Shown here: piece after piece, positions 27,283 through 37,987 of the stretch
Layout of the letters: every line of letters begins with the position of its first letter
How positions within the stretch are numbered: position 1 is the first letter of the stretch
NCBI GenBank assembly: GCA_937910685.1
Contig: CALEMP010000021.1
Location: forward strand, 53,428 to 117,427
DNA: 64,000 bases
Origin: an uncultured bacterium
GTDB lineage: Bacteria; Planctomycetota; UBA1135; GCA-002686595
Direction of reading: 5' to 3'
Program-made: the position numbers and the translations under genes
Notes under the pieces: generated by a model
The model's input: the letters and a program-made list of their open reading frames with translations, nothing else
Told to the model about the DNA's origin: nothing
Databases searched by the model: none

Positions 27283-28133
27283 CCGTGCAAGACCCTCTTC
27301 TTCAGAGAGTGGTGGACCGTCACCTGATTCGGCTTGCCTCCCGTAAAGCATGTGCCGGTTCCACTATGAGGCTCGCTTCCGCTGGTCTGACACCGGAGGT
27401 GGTGGCCGCGTTCGCGGAAGGCTTCTACCTGCCAACGCATAAGGGTCGGGTGGCCTTTGGCACACTCACCAAGAAGCTCAAAGAACTGGTCGGGGCTTTC
27501 AGAAAGGCCCCGAAGTTGTGGGAACACTTCAAAGGGATGTTGTCGGTCTCCTCGCTCATGGAGTTGCCCGGTGCCATCAAGAAGCTGGCAGCAGAGGGTT
27601 ACAAGCTCTTCCGAAAAGCGATTGGGAAGCTGTTCAGTTACTGGCCTCTCAAGCTTTACACCCTGCCACATTCTCAGTTGTTCAGCTTCAATACACTCAT
27701 CGGCAAGCTCCTCGACAAGGCCCCAGCGCTCAAGCGTGCCCTTGAAGCGGGTGCCCGTAAGATAGGGGGTTTCGGAGAGATGCTTCGCAAGAAGGCTCCC
27801 ATGATCACCGGGATTGCAATGGCCGCAATCTACATCTGGATCTGGATGAGCGTGGTGGAGTTTGAGTGGGATCTGCACTCACTGACGAACGCTGTCACGG
27901 GCTCATTGACCTTTCACGATTTCCTGGCTTCACTGCCTGGGTCAATCTTCGGGGCCATCCTCAACACACTCAACCTGGGCACCTTCACGCTCCTACCCTA
28001 CGCCATTGCAGCCAGGTTCTTGTGGCTGCTGGCAAACAGGTACCTTGAGTGGACGGGAAGGGGGTTCCGGTGGAACGCCAAGGCCCTTGAGGAAGACTTC
28101 GGCATTAGTTCGCCTATGCCAGAGACAAGTTAG
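27279..28133 (+). CDS. hypothetical membrane-associated protein
   Basis: GTG overlaps the upstream TGA. Hydrophobic segments 'MITGIAMAAIYIWIWMSVV' and 'GSIFGAILNTLNLGTFTLLPYAIAARFLWLL'. Confidence 0.5.
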   Translation: MTVQDPLLQRVVDRHLIRLASRKACAGSTMRLASAGLTPEVVAAFAEGFYLPTHKGRVAFGTLTKKLKELVGAFRKAPKLWEHFKGMLSVSSLMELPGAIKKLAAEGYKLFRKAIGKLFSYWPLKLYTLPHSQLFSFNTLIGKLLDKAPALKRALEAGARKIGGFGEMLRKKAPMITGIAMAAIYIWIWMSVVEFEWDLHSLTNAVTGSLTFHDFLASLPGSIFGAILNTLNLGTFTLLPYAIAARFLWLLANRYLEWTGRGFRWNAKALEEDFGISSPMPETS

Positions 28134-28146
28134 GCCGGAGGTCTCT

Positions 28147-28746
28147 TTGGGAACTTGGACAACCAGCATCGACCGTTTGACCCGCCGTTATTTGGCGAAG
28201 ACAGCATCGGTCTCAAAGGGGGCCGGTGAGGTTCGGTTCATCAAAGATCGCGGTGGTGACCATCAGGAGTGGGGGTGGAATCCACCTGGTGCTGGTGAAC
28301 GGTCCATCGATCCTGATTACAAATTCAACGCAAGCAATCTCAAGCCCTTGGCCAAGACCTTGCGGTCTGCCCTGATGGCCCTGGGTCACCTTCAGACGGC
28401 TCGCGGCACATTTACCAAGATCAAGAGTCAGAGGGTGTCCCCCGATGGTAACCTGGGCGGCAAAGGTTACGTGATGCCGATCAAGGACATCCGTAAACAG
28501 TTGTCCAATTGTGATGAGGCTCTGTCTTCCATCACCGATACCATCTATGACGAGATCCACGCGATCCATTGGCACCCGGATGTCCATGACACCGGAGGTG
28601 ATCCTCGTGATCGGGATGGCGTCAAAGAAATCATGGACGACGTGGAAGAGATTCGGGATGACCCCGAGGAGTGGGCTGAGGAGGAGGAGTCAGACATGGC
28701 CAAGACTTCGTCACTCGCACTTCGGTGGTTGAGGAATAGAGCATGA
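28147..28746 (+). CDS. hypothetical protein
   Basis: TTG 28147 lies 6 nt after GGAGG (the ORF is open from 28006 but overlaps the previous gene). 'DRLTRRYLAK' is near the N-terminus and 'LALRWLRNRA' is at the C-terminus. Confidence 0.45.
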   Translation: MGTWTTSIDRLTRRYLAKTASVSKGAGEVRFIKDRGGDHQEWGWNPPGAGERSIDPDYKFNASNLKPLAKTLRSALMALGHLQTARGTFTKIKSQRVSPDGNLGGKGYVMPIKDIRKQLSNCDEALSSITDTIYDEIHAIHWHPDVHDTGGDPRDRDGVKEIMDDVEEIRDDPEEWAEEEESDMAKTSSLALRWLRNRA

Positions 28747-30947
28747 GCAAGCGTGGCGATGACTGGGCTTCCGCCTTTGTGGCCGAATCTGACCTTCCAG
28801 CAGATGACTTCACCTGGACGGACGGGTCAAATTACGGGATGGACGGCTTCCAACACCTTCAAACTATGAACGAGGGTGTCCTCAATCACGGTGCCGTGCC
28901 CGGACATTTGGGCACCGTGATGGGCATGTCCGATCTCCCCGACGAGCTGTTTGCACAAGAGGTGGAAGACTCCCCTGTCCTCGATGAGCTTCAGGATAGC
29001 GACGAGGGATTCCATCTTGGTGAGATGATCTACGAGGGGTCGAACATCACCGCTGAAGAAAAGCGGGAGGCAGCTTTGGCTGACCTCGACTGGCTTCACG
29101 CTGAACAAGACCCCGAGCGCCTGCCACGTGACAGCCGTGGGGACCACGGTGGCAATTCCACCAAGGATGAACTGGCAGTCGCTTGGGGACAAAAGCATCG
29201 CACTGACGGGTTGCGACTCGTCCCCAATCAGGATCTTGAGGTTGCAAAGTACGAGGAGTCCTTGAGTGGACTTCCCGGTGCAGACGTGAAGACCGCTGAT
29301 GAGGTCACAACTGCACTACGTCAGGCAATTCGGCGTTCCACCTATGGTGACCCTCTCCCGGATATCCGTGCAGAGCTTGAGGCATCCCTGGGCAAGGGTA
29401 CACCTAGAGCCCGTCAAGCAACCCGCTTGTTGGTGTCCGACCACCTCCTCAACGGTACCGTGTTCATTCGGGCCTCTGCGTTCCCCGGCATCAAGAACGG
29501 TCGATGGGTGACCGCCCTCAAGAAAGTTGCCCGCACCGCACGTTATGTCATCACCGATGACCCCGCCGTCGCAGTCAAACTAGGTAAGGAGATGGTCTCC
29601 GAGGTGCCCTGGCGACAGGCACTGGTTCATTACCGGCCTCGACTGGATGCCCTGGGTTACCGTGTGGCTGCTGGTGGTGACCCGAAAAGTATTCTTCAGG
29701 TGGCTCTAGCACAAGGGCCTGAGCGCAAGGCTCATGTTCCGACACCGAAGCCGGTGGATGTACGCCCTGCTGACCGTGTAACCGCCCAGGACGCCCGCAA
29801 GGCATTCAAGGGGGCCACGACCCCGGAACGTGAAGTGGTGGCCTCAGACGGAGGTGTAGCGCCAATCAGGAAAAAGGCCCTGGCACGGATTGCTCACTGG
29901 GTGGTAGCCGGGCAAATCACCCAGGCAGAAGCTTTGCGTTTCCGGCAATCCACCGTGGCACCTCACACTCTATTGAAGGTGGCTGAGGCGTTGGTGAGCA
30001 CCAGACTGATGGCGAAGTCCACAGGCTACGAGGGCGTTGGTACTCAGGTGACCACCCATCGTGGAAATCAAGCCAGGCAAGCCACTCAGGGTGAGATCGA
30101 TGAGAACCGGATGGCAGCGGCTCACAAGCAGGTGAGTCTGATGCAAGGTATCGGGCTGCTCACGTCTAGAGAGGCCAAATCCGCACTCAAGGGCAAGACC
30201 GCCGCTGAAGTGATGGAGCGGGTGACCGCCATCGTTCAGAATGCATCCCAACGACGTGATGATATCGCCCCGACCCCGACCAAGGCTTACGACGGTCAAA
30301 CTTTCAAAGCGGCACGAGGGGAAGAACTCCAGACCAAGAAGCTTCCCAAGGCTGAGTTGCGGCTCCTGAAGGCCGCAAAACTGAGTGGCATCAAGCTTAC
30401 GGAGTTTCGTAAGCTCTCCAACTGGCTCCTTCGTCAAATGAGCGAGGGGATGGCTGGGAGCCAGCTCGACCAGCTGCTCCGGGTCCGTTTTGCAAGTCCG
30501 GTACGCGGTGCAGCCTCAGAGATCATCTCCACGCTACGTGAGCAGCATGAGGGACTTGCGGGTCACCTCTACGTGGATGCTGAAGCCTACGCTTCTCCCA
30601 AGGGCATCACCGGTTGTGAGGAGGGGGCTCAGATTCACAGGGCCAACGATATCCGCTTTGTGAAGGCGATGGGACGGTGTACAGGTTGCAAGCTGGCAAA
30701 CAGCAACGGTGTTTGTACCAAGTACAACAAGCCCCTGCTCCATCAGTTGCCTAGGAATGCCGCTGAGTTCAAAGAGGAGATTCTTCGGCAGGCCGACGCA
30801 CCTGACCATGAAATCACCGCGAGCATGTTCAGCGACCCGGCAGCTGCTTTCGGGTTGTCTGCGCAGACGGACCATATTGATCTCAACGCTTCGGCTCCTC
30901 CTTCGGAAGAGTTGGGTGGCGTGCTCTTTGGGGGGTTTGAAATATGA
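28743..30947 (+). CDS. large hypothetical (probably virion) protein
   Basis: 734-aa ORF. Acidic N-terminus, and a Cys cluster 'CTGCKLANSNGVC' near the C-terminus. No enzymatic motif recognised. Confidence 0.6.
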   Translation: MSKRGDDWASAFVAESDLPADDFTWTDGSNYGMDGFQHLQTMNEGVLNHGAVPGHLGTVMGMSDLPDELFAQEVEDSPVLDELQDSDEGFHLGEMIYEGSNITAEEKREAALADLDWLHAEQDPERLPRDSRGDHGGNSTKDELAVAWGQKHRTDGLRLVPNQDLEVAKYEESLSGLPGADVKTADEVTTALRQAIRRSTYGDPLPDIRAELEASLGKGTPRARQATRLLVSDHLLNGTVFIRASAFPGIKNGRWVTALKKVARTARYVITDDPAVAVKLGKEMVSEVPWRQALVHYRPRLDALGYRVAAGGDPKSILQVALAQGPERKAHVPTPKPVDVRPADRVTAQDARKAFKGATTPEREVVASDGGVAPIRKKALARIAHWVVAGQITQAEALRFRQSTVAPHTLLKVAEALVSTRLMAKSTGYEGVGTQVTTHRGNQARQATQGEIDENRMAAAHKQVSLMQGIGLLTSREAKSALKGKTAAEVMERVTAIVQNASQRRDDIAPTPTKAYDGQTFKAARGEELQTKKLPKAELRLLKAAKLSGIKLTEFRKLSNWLLRQMSEGMAGSQLDQLLRVRFASPVRGAASEIISTLREQHEGLAGHLYVDAEAYASPKGITGCEEGAQIHRANDIRFVKAMGRCTGCKLANSNGVCTKYNKPLLHQLPRNAAEFKEEILRQADAPDHEITASMFSDPAAAFGLSAQTDHIDLNASAPPSEELGGVLFGGFEI

Positions 30948-31579
30948 GTCTGCGATCAGATCTTGAGCGGTTGATACGGGCGACACCCAGGATTGCCAGG
31001 GTCATTCAGGCCAGGCAAATCTATGTGGAACTGGTCTCTTTGCCTGATGGTCTTCAAAAGGCGCTGAAAGCGTTGGGGTACCGTAAGCGGGACATTGGGG
31101 CTCAGGCAGGCACCTCTTTCACCTGGGGCGTTGCGGGTGGTTCTGGCAAGCGTGGTCTTGTAGCCCTCATCGATGTGGACTCCGGTCGGGTGTTGGATTC
31201 CAAATTGGGCTCCTGGGGTGGTCCAAGTGGTTTCGGCAAGAGCCGTGTGGATGACCTGAACTCCAAACAGACACTCCAGGAAGGTCAGGCCGCGTTCTCA
31301 GGCTATGATGACGGGAGTTACGGCTCATTGACCCTGCACCCCGGATACTTTGGCCTCCTCCAAGACAAGAACAAGCCCACTGAGTTGTCGCCTGATGAGA
31401 AGAAGGCTCTGGAGTTCCTGGGTTACACTTCAAGTTACCGGAAACAGGAATTTGAGCGGGAAGGGCTGGGTGTTTACGGACCTCGCAATCCACTGGTGTT
31501 GTCTCTGATTGAGAAGGGGCTGGTTGAGGCGAAGGGTGCAGGACTTCGGTTGACAACCAAGGGGAGGAATCTCCAATGA
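30944..31579 (+). CDS. hypothetical protein
   Basis: 211-aa ORF with ATGA coupling on both sides. Confidence 0.5.
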   Translation: MSLRSDLERLIRATPRIARVIQARQIYVELVSLPDGLQKALKALGYRKRDIGAQAGTSFTWGVAGGSGKRGLVALIDVDSGRVLDSKLGSWGGPSGFGKSRVDDLNSKQTLQEGQAAFSGYDDGSYGSLTLHPGYFGLLQDKNKPTELSPDEKKALEFLGYTSSYRKQEFEREGLGVYGPRNPLVLSLIEKGLVEAKGAGLRLTTKGRNLQ

Positions 31580-32127
31580 GCACCGGAAGTGGAAATGTGA
31601 CCTGGCATGTGCCGGTTTCACCAGGTGGCCGGGATCCTTCAGACAACAATCTGAACCATGGTCAACCCAACCCCATTCGTCGGACGGTGACCATGGGGCC
31701 AATGCGGTTGGGTCGGTCATGGGGCAACCGGTACCGCCCCGCTGGGCTCGCCACACAGACTGCAAGCTTCCGCTTGGATTGTGAAGCCAGTGACCTGGTT
31801 GCGGGAGAGGTGACCCTTGAACTGGGTGCTCATGTGCTCTCAGTGGGCGTGGACTTTGTACAGGTGGTCGCAGATGGCGAGTCCACGAGTTTGAACACAG
31901 CGCAGGCGTTGGCCTCCGTTATCGGGAGTCTTCCTGGCTTTTCTGCAACTGCTACCGCTGGTCCCGCTGACACCGGTGACCTGAGCATTGTGTGGACTGG
32001 CTTCTCAGAGCGGAAGACCTTCCGGGTGTTTCAACGGGGTGATGTTGTACACGCTTCGCTTGTTACACCTTCAAATGGGCAGATGGCATTCGGTACCATT
32101 GGGCCTGCTGCCCCACAATTTACGTGA
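31576..32127 (+). CDS. hypothetical protein
   Basis: 183-aa ORF. Confidence 0.5.
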   Translation: MSTGSGNVTWHVPVSPGGRDPSDNNLNHGQPNPIRRTVTMGPMRLGRSWGNRYRPAGLATQTASFRLDCEASDLVAGEVTLELGAHVLSVGVDFVQVVADGESTSLNTAQALASVIGSLPGFSATATAGPADTGDLSIVWTGFSERKTFRVFQRGDVVHASLVTPSNGQMAFGTIGPAAPQFT

Positions 32128-32135
32128 GGTGAACG

Positions 32136-32828
32136 ATGCCATCCCCAAACACCAAGAGCATCTCCGCTGCTAGACAGCGACGCTCTGTTCTTCTCCGCCA
32201 AGTCCCCGAAGGAACCTCCCGTATCAAGGTGCGGGACATTCAAGGCAAGATCCGCTACCGAGAGATGGACCAGCTGGCGGATGACGATGTCATTCAGATC
32301 AAGAAGGACGGCACTCCTGTCGTGATGAAGAGTCATCCGGGTCGGAAGCAGGCCATAGAGTTGGTTCCTGCTAACGACGTCATCAAGGAGATTCTCAAGC
32401 GCAAGCGGGAAGTCCTTGATGACGACTACATCCTCAAGGCACTCAAGGCGAATCCTGATTCACCCGATGTCCTCCATCAGGTTATCGCTGCCATCGGTGA
32501 GGAAGCCGCCTCTATGGGCTTTGAGCGAATGGAGGCGGAGCGCAAGGGGGAGAGCACCATAGGGGTGTCCTCTAAGCGGGTTGTAGCTCTTCGTTCGGTA
32601 GCAGATACCTGGCTCAAGCGTCAGGAGCAATTGGCAGAGCGGCTTATCGACTTGGACTCTCAAGCGTTCAAGGTGTTGTTCCGCTACATCATGGATACCT
32701 TCCGTGAGTCGATGACATCTACCCATCTTCGCCCGGAGCAGGTGGATACAGTCTTCGCTCGCCTGTCTACCATGCTCAATGATGAGTGGGAAGCTGAAGC
32801 GAAGAATCGAATGAAGCGCGGGCTGTGA
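32136..32828 (+). CDS. hypothetical protein; small terminase subunit by position only
   Basis: 230 aa, immediately upstream of the large terminase. No motif recognised. Confidence 0.35.
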   Translation: MPSPNTKSISAARQRRSVLLRQVPEGTSRIKVRDIQGKIRYREMDQLADDDVIQIKKDGTPVVMKSHPGRKQAIELVPANDVIKEILKRKREVLDDDYILKALKANPDSPDVLHQVIAAIGEEAASMGFERMEAERKGESTIGVSSKRVVALRSVADTWLKRQEQLAERLIDLDSQAFKVLFRYIMDTFRESMTSTHLRPEQVDTVFARLSTMLNDEWEAEAKNRMKRGL

Positions 32829-32835
32829 GGTTTGG

Positions 32836-34770
32836 GTGAGCCTTGCAGGTATTGCACTCGATGTCGGACGGTCACAGAAGGTTGATGATGTTGTCGACAT
32901 CGTCACCTTCGTGGAGAGTCCCTGGGGTCTGAACCAACGGCTCTTCCCCGTTCAGCGCATCATCCTCAAAGCTCACTATGGCAACCCACTGGATGACAAT
33001 CCGTGGGGCCTGGACCTCAATGAGCGGATAGACCCGGCTCACCCTGCCTACCAGGAGATTGCCGAACTTGAAGGGGAGGATGAGGGCTACTATCGGCTAC
33101 GGGTGCCCCTCACGAATTGGAGACGGGAGAACCTCGTCTATCTGACGGAGGCCCAGTATCTCCGCAAACTCTTCGATGAAGGTCGATGTAACATCCCAGA
33201 GGTCATTCCCGGAGAGGAACGTAGAGAACTGATACTAGCAGTGGGCAGGCGCAGCGGAAAAACATTCTTGGCAGCTTGTGTCACGGCGTACGAGATCTAC
33301 AAGCTCATCAACCTACAGGCTCCGCAGGAGTACTACGGGCTCCCTAAGACCAATCAGATTGGCATCGTCAGTGTTGCAACGGACAAAGATCAGGCTGGAC
33401 TGCTCTACAATGAGGCATCCGGTCACTTCAGTCAGTGTGCTTTCTTCAAGCCCTACACTGCCAACAACACGATGTCCTATGCGAAGTTCCAAACGCCTGT
33501 CGACATCGACAGGTTCGGGCGGTATTCGGATGACCCATCGGCCAAAGCTACCCTGAAGGTTTCCTTCAAGTCGTGTGTGGCCAAGGGGCTTCGCGGCCCA
33601 GGTAATATCGTCGTCATCCTGGATGAGCTGGCGCACTTCAACGACGCCGGTCAGTCGGACGCCAAGGAGATCTACGGAGCGGTCAAGCCCTCTACCGCTG
33701 CCTTCTCTCCCAAGGATCCAAAGAACCCCACGAAGGCTATTGGTCCGGTTGAAGGGCGGATGATCTCAATCTCGTCGCCTCTCGGGCGACAGGGACACTT
33801 CTACACACTAGCCCAGCAAGCCCTGAAGGGGGGCTTGGCTGCGGAGAGCAAGCTCTTTATCCAAGCCCCCTCCTGGGAAGTAAACATCACCCTGGAGGCA
33901 GGTTTCCTTGAGGGTGAATACGCTTCGGACCCGGTTGCCTTCTTTACGGAGTACGGGGCTCAATTTCTTGATGCCACACGTGGGTGGATTGAAAACCCCG
34001 ACGACCTCCTCGCCTGTGTCAATCCAGAACTGATCCCGCAGATCAAAGGCCCGGCTCTTCGGCCTCATTTCATTGGGATTGACCTCGCGCTGGTTGGTGA
34101 CTGGACGGCGATTGCTATTGGTCACATCGAGGATGGTGGTCTGATCGTTGTGGACTTGGTTGACCGTATCCGGGCGGGTGTGGGTCAGTATGAGCACCTG
34201 GAGCGGCTCGAATTTGAAGATGTTGTGCAGTGGGTTTATGACCTGTCCAAGCGGTTCTACTTTACGGACGGGATCTTCGACCAGTGGGCAGGCATCCCCT
34301 TTGAGCAAGCCCTTTCCAAGAAAGGGCTGTCCCAGCTCAAGTCGGTTCACCACACCAAACCGCTCACCTCGCAAATGTACCAGAACTTCCGGGACATGAT
34401 GTGGGCCAAGCGGCTAGTGCTCTACAACCATCCGGTTGGGCCAGATGGTTACTGTGACTATATCCGGGAACTGCTGGAGCTTCAGGCATCCTATCAGTCC
34501 AAGTACGTGATGGTGGTTGAGGCCCCCAATGTAGATGGCAAGCACGATGACCAAGGGGACGCAATCGTTCGGATGGTTTGGCAGGCTAGCCAACAGCTCG
34601 GGAATCGGAAGTATATTTCAAGAGGTGACCATCGAGGTCAAACTTCCAACGGGCAAGGGATGCAGAAGGCATACATGAAAGCCCTACGTCGGGCTAAATA
34701 CGGTGGTGGGACTAGCACTGATCGGCAGCAGTCCCTCATCAACAGAGGGAGTACACGAGGAAAACGCTGA
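32836..34770 (+). CDS. terL: terminase large subunit
   Basis: Walker A 'LAVGRRSGKTFLAA' and Walker B 'NIVVILDELAHF'. RNase H-like nuclease start 'HFIGIDLALVGDWTAIAIGH'. 644 aa. Confidence 0.8.
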   Translation: MSLAGIALDVGRSQKVDDVVDIVTFVESPWGLNQRLFPVQRIILKAHYGNPLDDNPWGLDLNERIDPAHPAYQEIAELEGEDEGYYRLRVPLTNWRRENLVYLTEAQYLRKLFDEGRCNIPEVIPGEERRELILAVGRRSGKTFLAACVTAYEIYKLINLQAPQEYYGLPKTNQIGIVSVATDKDQAGLLYNEASGHFSQCAFFKPYTANNTMSYAKFQTPVDIDRFGRYSDDPSAKATLKVSFKSCVAKGLRGPGNIVVILDELAHFNDAGQSDAKEIYGAVKPSTAAFSPKDPKNPTKAIGPVEGRMISISSPLGRQGHFYTLAQQALKGGLAAESKLFIQAPSWEVNITLEAGFLEGEYASDPVAFFTEYGAQFLDATRGWIENPDDLLACVNPELIPQIKGPALRPHFIGIDLALVGDWTAIAIGHIEDGGLIVVDLVDRIRAGVGQYEHLERLEFEDVVQWVYDLSKRFYFTDGIFDQWAGIPFEQALSKKGLSQLKSVHHTKPLTSQMYQNFRDMMWAKRLVLYNHPVGPDGYCDYIRELLELQASYQSKYVMVVEAPNVDGKHDDQGDAIVRMVWQASQQLGNRKYISRGDHRGQTSNGQGMQKAYMKALRRAKYGGGTSTDRQQSLINRGSTRGKR

Positions 34771-35024
34771 TGGCTGTTGTAGACCCAAGGGCACCAATTC
34801 GGGCCGACCATCGCTTCATCCATAAGCTGGTAGGTTTGACTCTCAAGAGTGGCTTTGACCCTCATGCGGCTGAGTACGACCGAATCTCCAGGGTATTCCT
34901 TCAAGCAGGGGGTTCCTGGGAGCGCATCTTCCATGGATCTCCAAGTGACATTGACCTGCTGAAGCGTGTGGTCAAGGTTGCTGGAAAGCACGGTTGGCTG
35001 ACCAAGAAAGAGAAGTGGGACTAG
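34770..35024 (+). CDS. hypothetical small protein
   Basis: 84-aa ORF with TGATG coupling. Confidence 0.45.
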   Translation: MAVVDPRAPIRADHRFIHKLVGLTLKSGFDPHAAEYDRISRVFLQAGGSWERIFHGSPSDIDLLKRVVKVAGKHGWLTKKEKWD

Positions 35025-35336
35025 ATGGGAAGACTCAGGGCCAGGACCGCCACCTCACAAGTGGATCGTGATCTCCACTCCAGGTTGGCAAAGGCCATAC
35101 AGGAGTTGGGGGCGGCACGGGACATCTGTGTGCGACTTGGTCGGGACCGGGCTCTCCCTCCCCAAGAGAAGGCCCGTGCTACAGCTACAAGGCAAACTAT
35201 CCAACAGGCGCTTGCGCTTGTGGATAGCATAGGCCACCTGTCGGGACGTTCCAATATGGACTCGGACCTTATGCCCGAAGCGGACAAGCGGCCACGCCGG
35301 GAACAACCTGAGCGCTTCAGTGGGGAGTCTAGCTGA
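35025..35336 (+). CDS. hypothetical small protein
   Basis: 103-aa ORF. The stop overlaps the portal start. Confidence 0.45.
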   Translation: MGRLRARTATSQVDRDLHSRLAKAIQELGAARDICVRLGRDRALPPQEKARATATRQTIQQALALVDSIGHLSGRSNMDSDLMPEADKRPRREQPERFSGESS

Positions 35337-37129
35337 TGGCGCGAACCAATGATCCCAAAGACACCATCGCTGTTCGGGACATCCCTCCCCGAAAAGGTGT
35401 CACCGTTGGAAAACCAAAGAAGATCATCACGTCCGCTATGCGGTCGAAGCTGGCCTTCCCGGCGGCGGGCGGAACCTCAATGGGCATGGGGGGGAACTTC
35501 TACTCCCCTGAACTATCCACCGACTTCCTTGAGCTTCCTCAGTCGATAGATGAGCAGAGGAACTTCTACAGGTTCTTCTACGACCACGACCCCTTTGTTG
35601 GACAAGCCATCGACCTCACCGATGAGCTACCACTCTCCAAAATCCGCTTGCGAATGCCCGAGGCACGGGATCGCAAGCTGGCCGAAGGAGCTTTGCGCCT
35701 CTGCACACGGTGGGCAAAGAAGGTCAACCTGCTTCAACGGCTGTTGGAGATCTCCCATGAGTACAATCTCCTGGGAGAGTGTTTCATCTTTGTCGAGGAC
35801 ACATCTCCTGAAGAGCCCGAGGACTTGCGATATGAACTCCGTCGGGAGGTGACAGCGGAAGGGGACATCGTTGAGGAGAGTTTCAAGCGGGAGGATGCTG
35901 ACGAGCGCGTAGAGGAGTGGCTGAAGAAGAACTACCAGGGTTGGACGGCGATTCGGGTGTTACCCCCGGAGCAGGTCCACATGGAGAGCTTCCCCTTCAC
36001 GGATGAGAAGCTCATCGAACTGATCCCCGACTCAAAGACCAAGGCCATCATCAATCGGGCAGACCAGGGGGATATTCAAGCAATCCGCATCGTGAACTCC
36101 ATGCCACGAGACGTGGTGGAAGCCATCGCGAACGGAGAGAATATCCCGCTCAACATGGACCCCGAAGCAGGGAGCTTTGTTACCTATCTGGCCCGCAAGA
36201 AGAGTCAGTACGAGCCCCGTGGCAAGAGTGTACTACAGCGCTGCCTGCGCTGGTTGATCTTCGCTGATAAGGTTCGACAGAGTCTCACCTCGATAGCTTC
36301 CCGGCACATGACGCCTTACCGGCTCATTTACGCTGAGGACATGGATGCGGGTCAAACCGAGGAGCTTCGGGAACAGGTCGACCTCGCCCTTCAAGATCCT
36401 GACTACAGCATCATCACCAATTTTCAGGTGACCTGGGAGGAAATGGGGGCTGACCAGCGGCTCCCCGATTGGTCCTGGGTCTTTGAGATGGTTGACCGGC
36501 GACTCTATGCCGGTCTTGGGGTCACAGAGACGCTCCTTTCCGGGGAGAGCACCTATTCAGGTGACCGCCTCCACCTGGAAGTCATCAACACCCGGTTCAT
36601 GCTCTTCCGTGAGGTAATGAAGGATTTGGTCGAGGATGGATTCTTCAAACCGATGTGTGCTCGCATGGGGTTCGTGGAAGAGGACGAGGACGGTAACCTT
36701 CAAGTCATCGTCCCCGAACTCTCGTTCACCCGGCTTGCCTTGCGGGACAACAGCGAGACGTTCGACGCCCTGTTCAACCTCTACCAGAAGGGCTCACTGG
36801 ACATCGATATCATCCTCGACCTCCTGAACATTGATCCCGTTGCCACTCGCGAGAAGCTGGAGCGCGACCTGTTCACGGTGAATGACGCAACCTTCAACGA
36901 GGTGTTGCGGGGGGTCTACAGTTCGGTGGGTCAGATGTTGGCGGACAACAGCGACATCGCGAACAAGATCGCTGAAAACCTGGGGCTCAAGTATGAGAAG
37001 CCCAAGGAAGAAGGTGGGGGTCGCTTCGCAAGCATCAAGGATCCTACGGTCACGGTATCCCGGCAGGAGCTGCAGGATTTCATTGCCACAAGGATCACGG
37101 CTGAGTTGGCGGAGCGGGCTACTTCCTGA
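35336..37129 (+). CDS. putative portal protein
   Basis: 597 aa, shortly downstream of terL. 'FYRFFYDHDPFVGQAIDLTDELPLSKI...LLGECFIFVED' resembles the N-terminal part of podovirus-type portals. Called mainly on position and size. Confidence 0.6.
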   Translation: MARTNDPKDTIAVRDIPPRKGVTVGKPKKIITSAMRSKLAFPAAGGTSMGMGGNFYSPELSTDFLELPQSIDEQRNFYRFFYDHDPFVGQAIDLTDELPLSKIRLRMPEARDRKLAEGALRLCTRWAKKVNLLQRLLEISHEYNLLGECFIFVEDTSPEEPEDLRYELRREVTAEGDIVEESFKREDADERVEEWLKKNYQGWTAIRVLPPEQVHMESFPFTDEKLIELIPDSKTKAIINRADQGDIQAIRIVNSMPRDVVEAIANGENIPLNMDPEAGSFVTYLARKKSQYEPRGKSVLQRCLRWLIFADKVRQSLTSIASRHMTPYRLIYAEDMDAGQTEELREQVDLALQDPDYSIITNFQVTWEEMGADQRLPDWSWVFEMVDRRLYAGLGVTETLLSGESTYSGDRLHLEVINTRFMLFREVMKDLVEDGFFKPMCARMGFVEEDEDGNLQVIVPELSFTRLALRDNSETFDALFNLYQKGSLDIDIILDLLNIDPVATREKLERDLFTVNDATFNEVLRGVYSSVGQMLADNSDIANKIAENLGLKYEKPKEEGGGRFASIKDPTVTVSRQELQDFIATRITAELAERATS

Positions 37130-37151
37130 TCTCGTTTCTAGTCCTATCGCC

Positions 37152-37170
37152 CCTCATTCCTTGAATGAGG
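37152..37170 (+). promoter_or_regulatory. 7-bp hairpin overlapping the likely RBS of the 2086-aa gene
   Basis: CCTCATT (37152-37158) / AATGAGG (37164-37170), loop CCTTG. The GAGG of the 3' arm lies 7 nt before ATG 37178. Confidence 0.3.
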
Positions 37171-37177
37171 TTAAGGC

Positions 37178-37987
37178 ATGGGCTTCAGCAGAACAGCATG
37201 TGTGATCGCGGGTGGCACCTGGGGAGGGAAGCCTTCCCTGCTGAAGATCCGGGACCGGAACTACACACCTCGTGTGAAGCTAATCCGTGATCTAGTCAAG
37301 GGTGTAGAGGCCGTCTACATCTGCGATGTCACCACCGAATGGATTGAAGGACTCAATGAATACGGCATCGGGGTGGTATCTTCGGCTCTCCTGGTTGTGG
37401 ATGATGAGACCGAAAAGAAGGAAGCCAAGAAGTCGCGGGATGGTGACCTCATCCTTGAGGTCTTGGGCCAGAAAACGCTCAAAGCGGCAGTCAGGAAAGC
37501 TGTCGCCAACAAGATCTCCGGGCACACTCTGGTGTCCGACGGCAAAGAGATTTGGGCAGTTGAATACGATCCCGATGAAGCGCCCGAACCGGTAGCCCGG
37601 TGTTTTGAAAAGGATGAGTTGGTCGTCCGTACCAACCACGGGGTGTTCCTGGAGAATGCGGGATACACTACGGGGGCTGACAAGGACTCCTCTCACGAAC
37701 GACGACAGAAGGCGACCACCACCCTCAAGAAGGTGAAGTCACCAGAGGACATTGCTCCATCGCTCATTCACGTTCGACGCAAGAATCGGGAGCACCCCAA
37801 CAACGTGATTCGGGACACGGACAAGATGTCCACCTCGTCCCAGATGGTCCTCATCCCCGGCGACCTGGAGGTGCTGTTCTACCCCATTCCGGGCCGGGTG
37901 GACTTCCTGGGACTGGAGGACAGGCTGCCCAAGGGACGCAAAGGTAAGGTCAAGGTCCGGGTCTTCCACTACTCGGACCTCGCTGCG
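37178..37987 (+). other. domain: Ntn-hydrolase (peptidase C45 / acyl-CoA:6-APA acyltransferase-like)
   Basis: 'MGFSRTA-CVIAGG' (Cys8 after a short propeptide), 'IRDRNY', 'EGLNEYGIGVVSSA', 'LVVRTNHGVF'. Confidence 0.5.
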
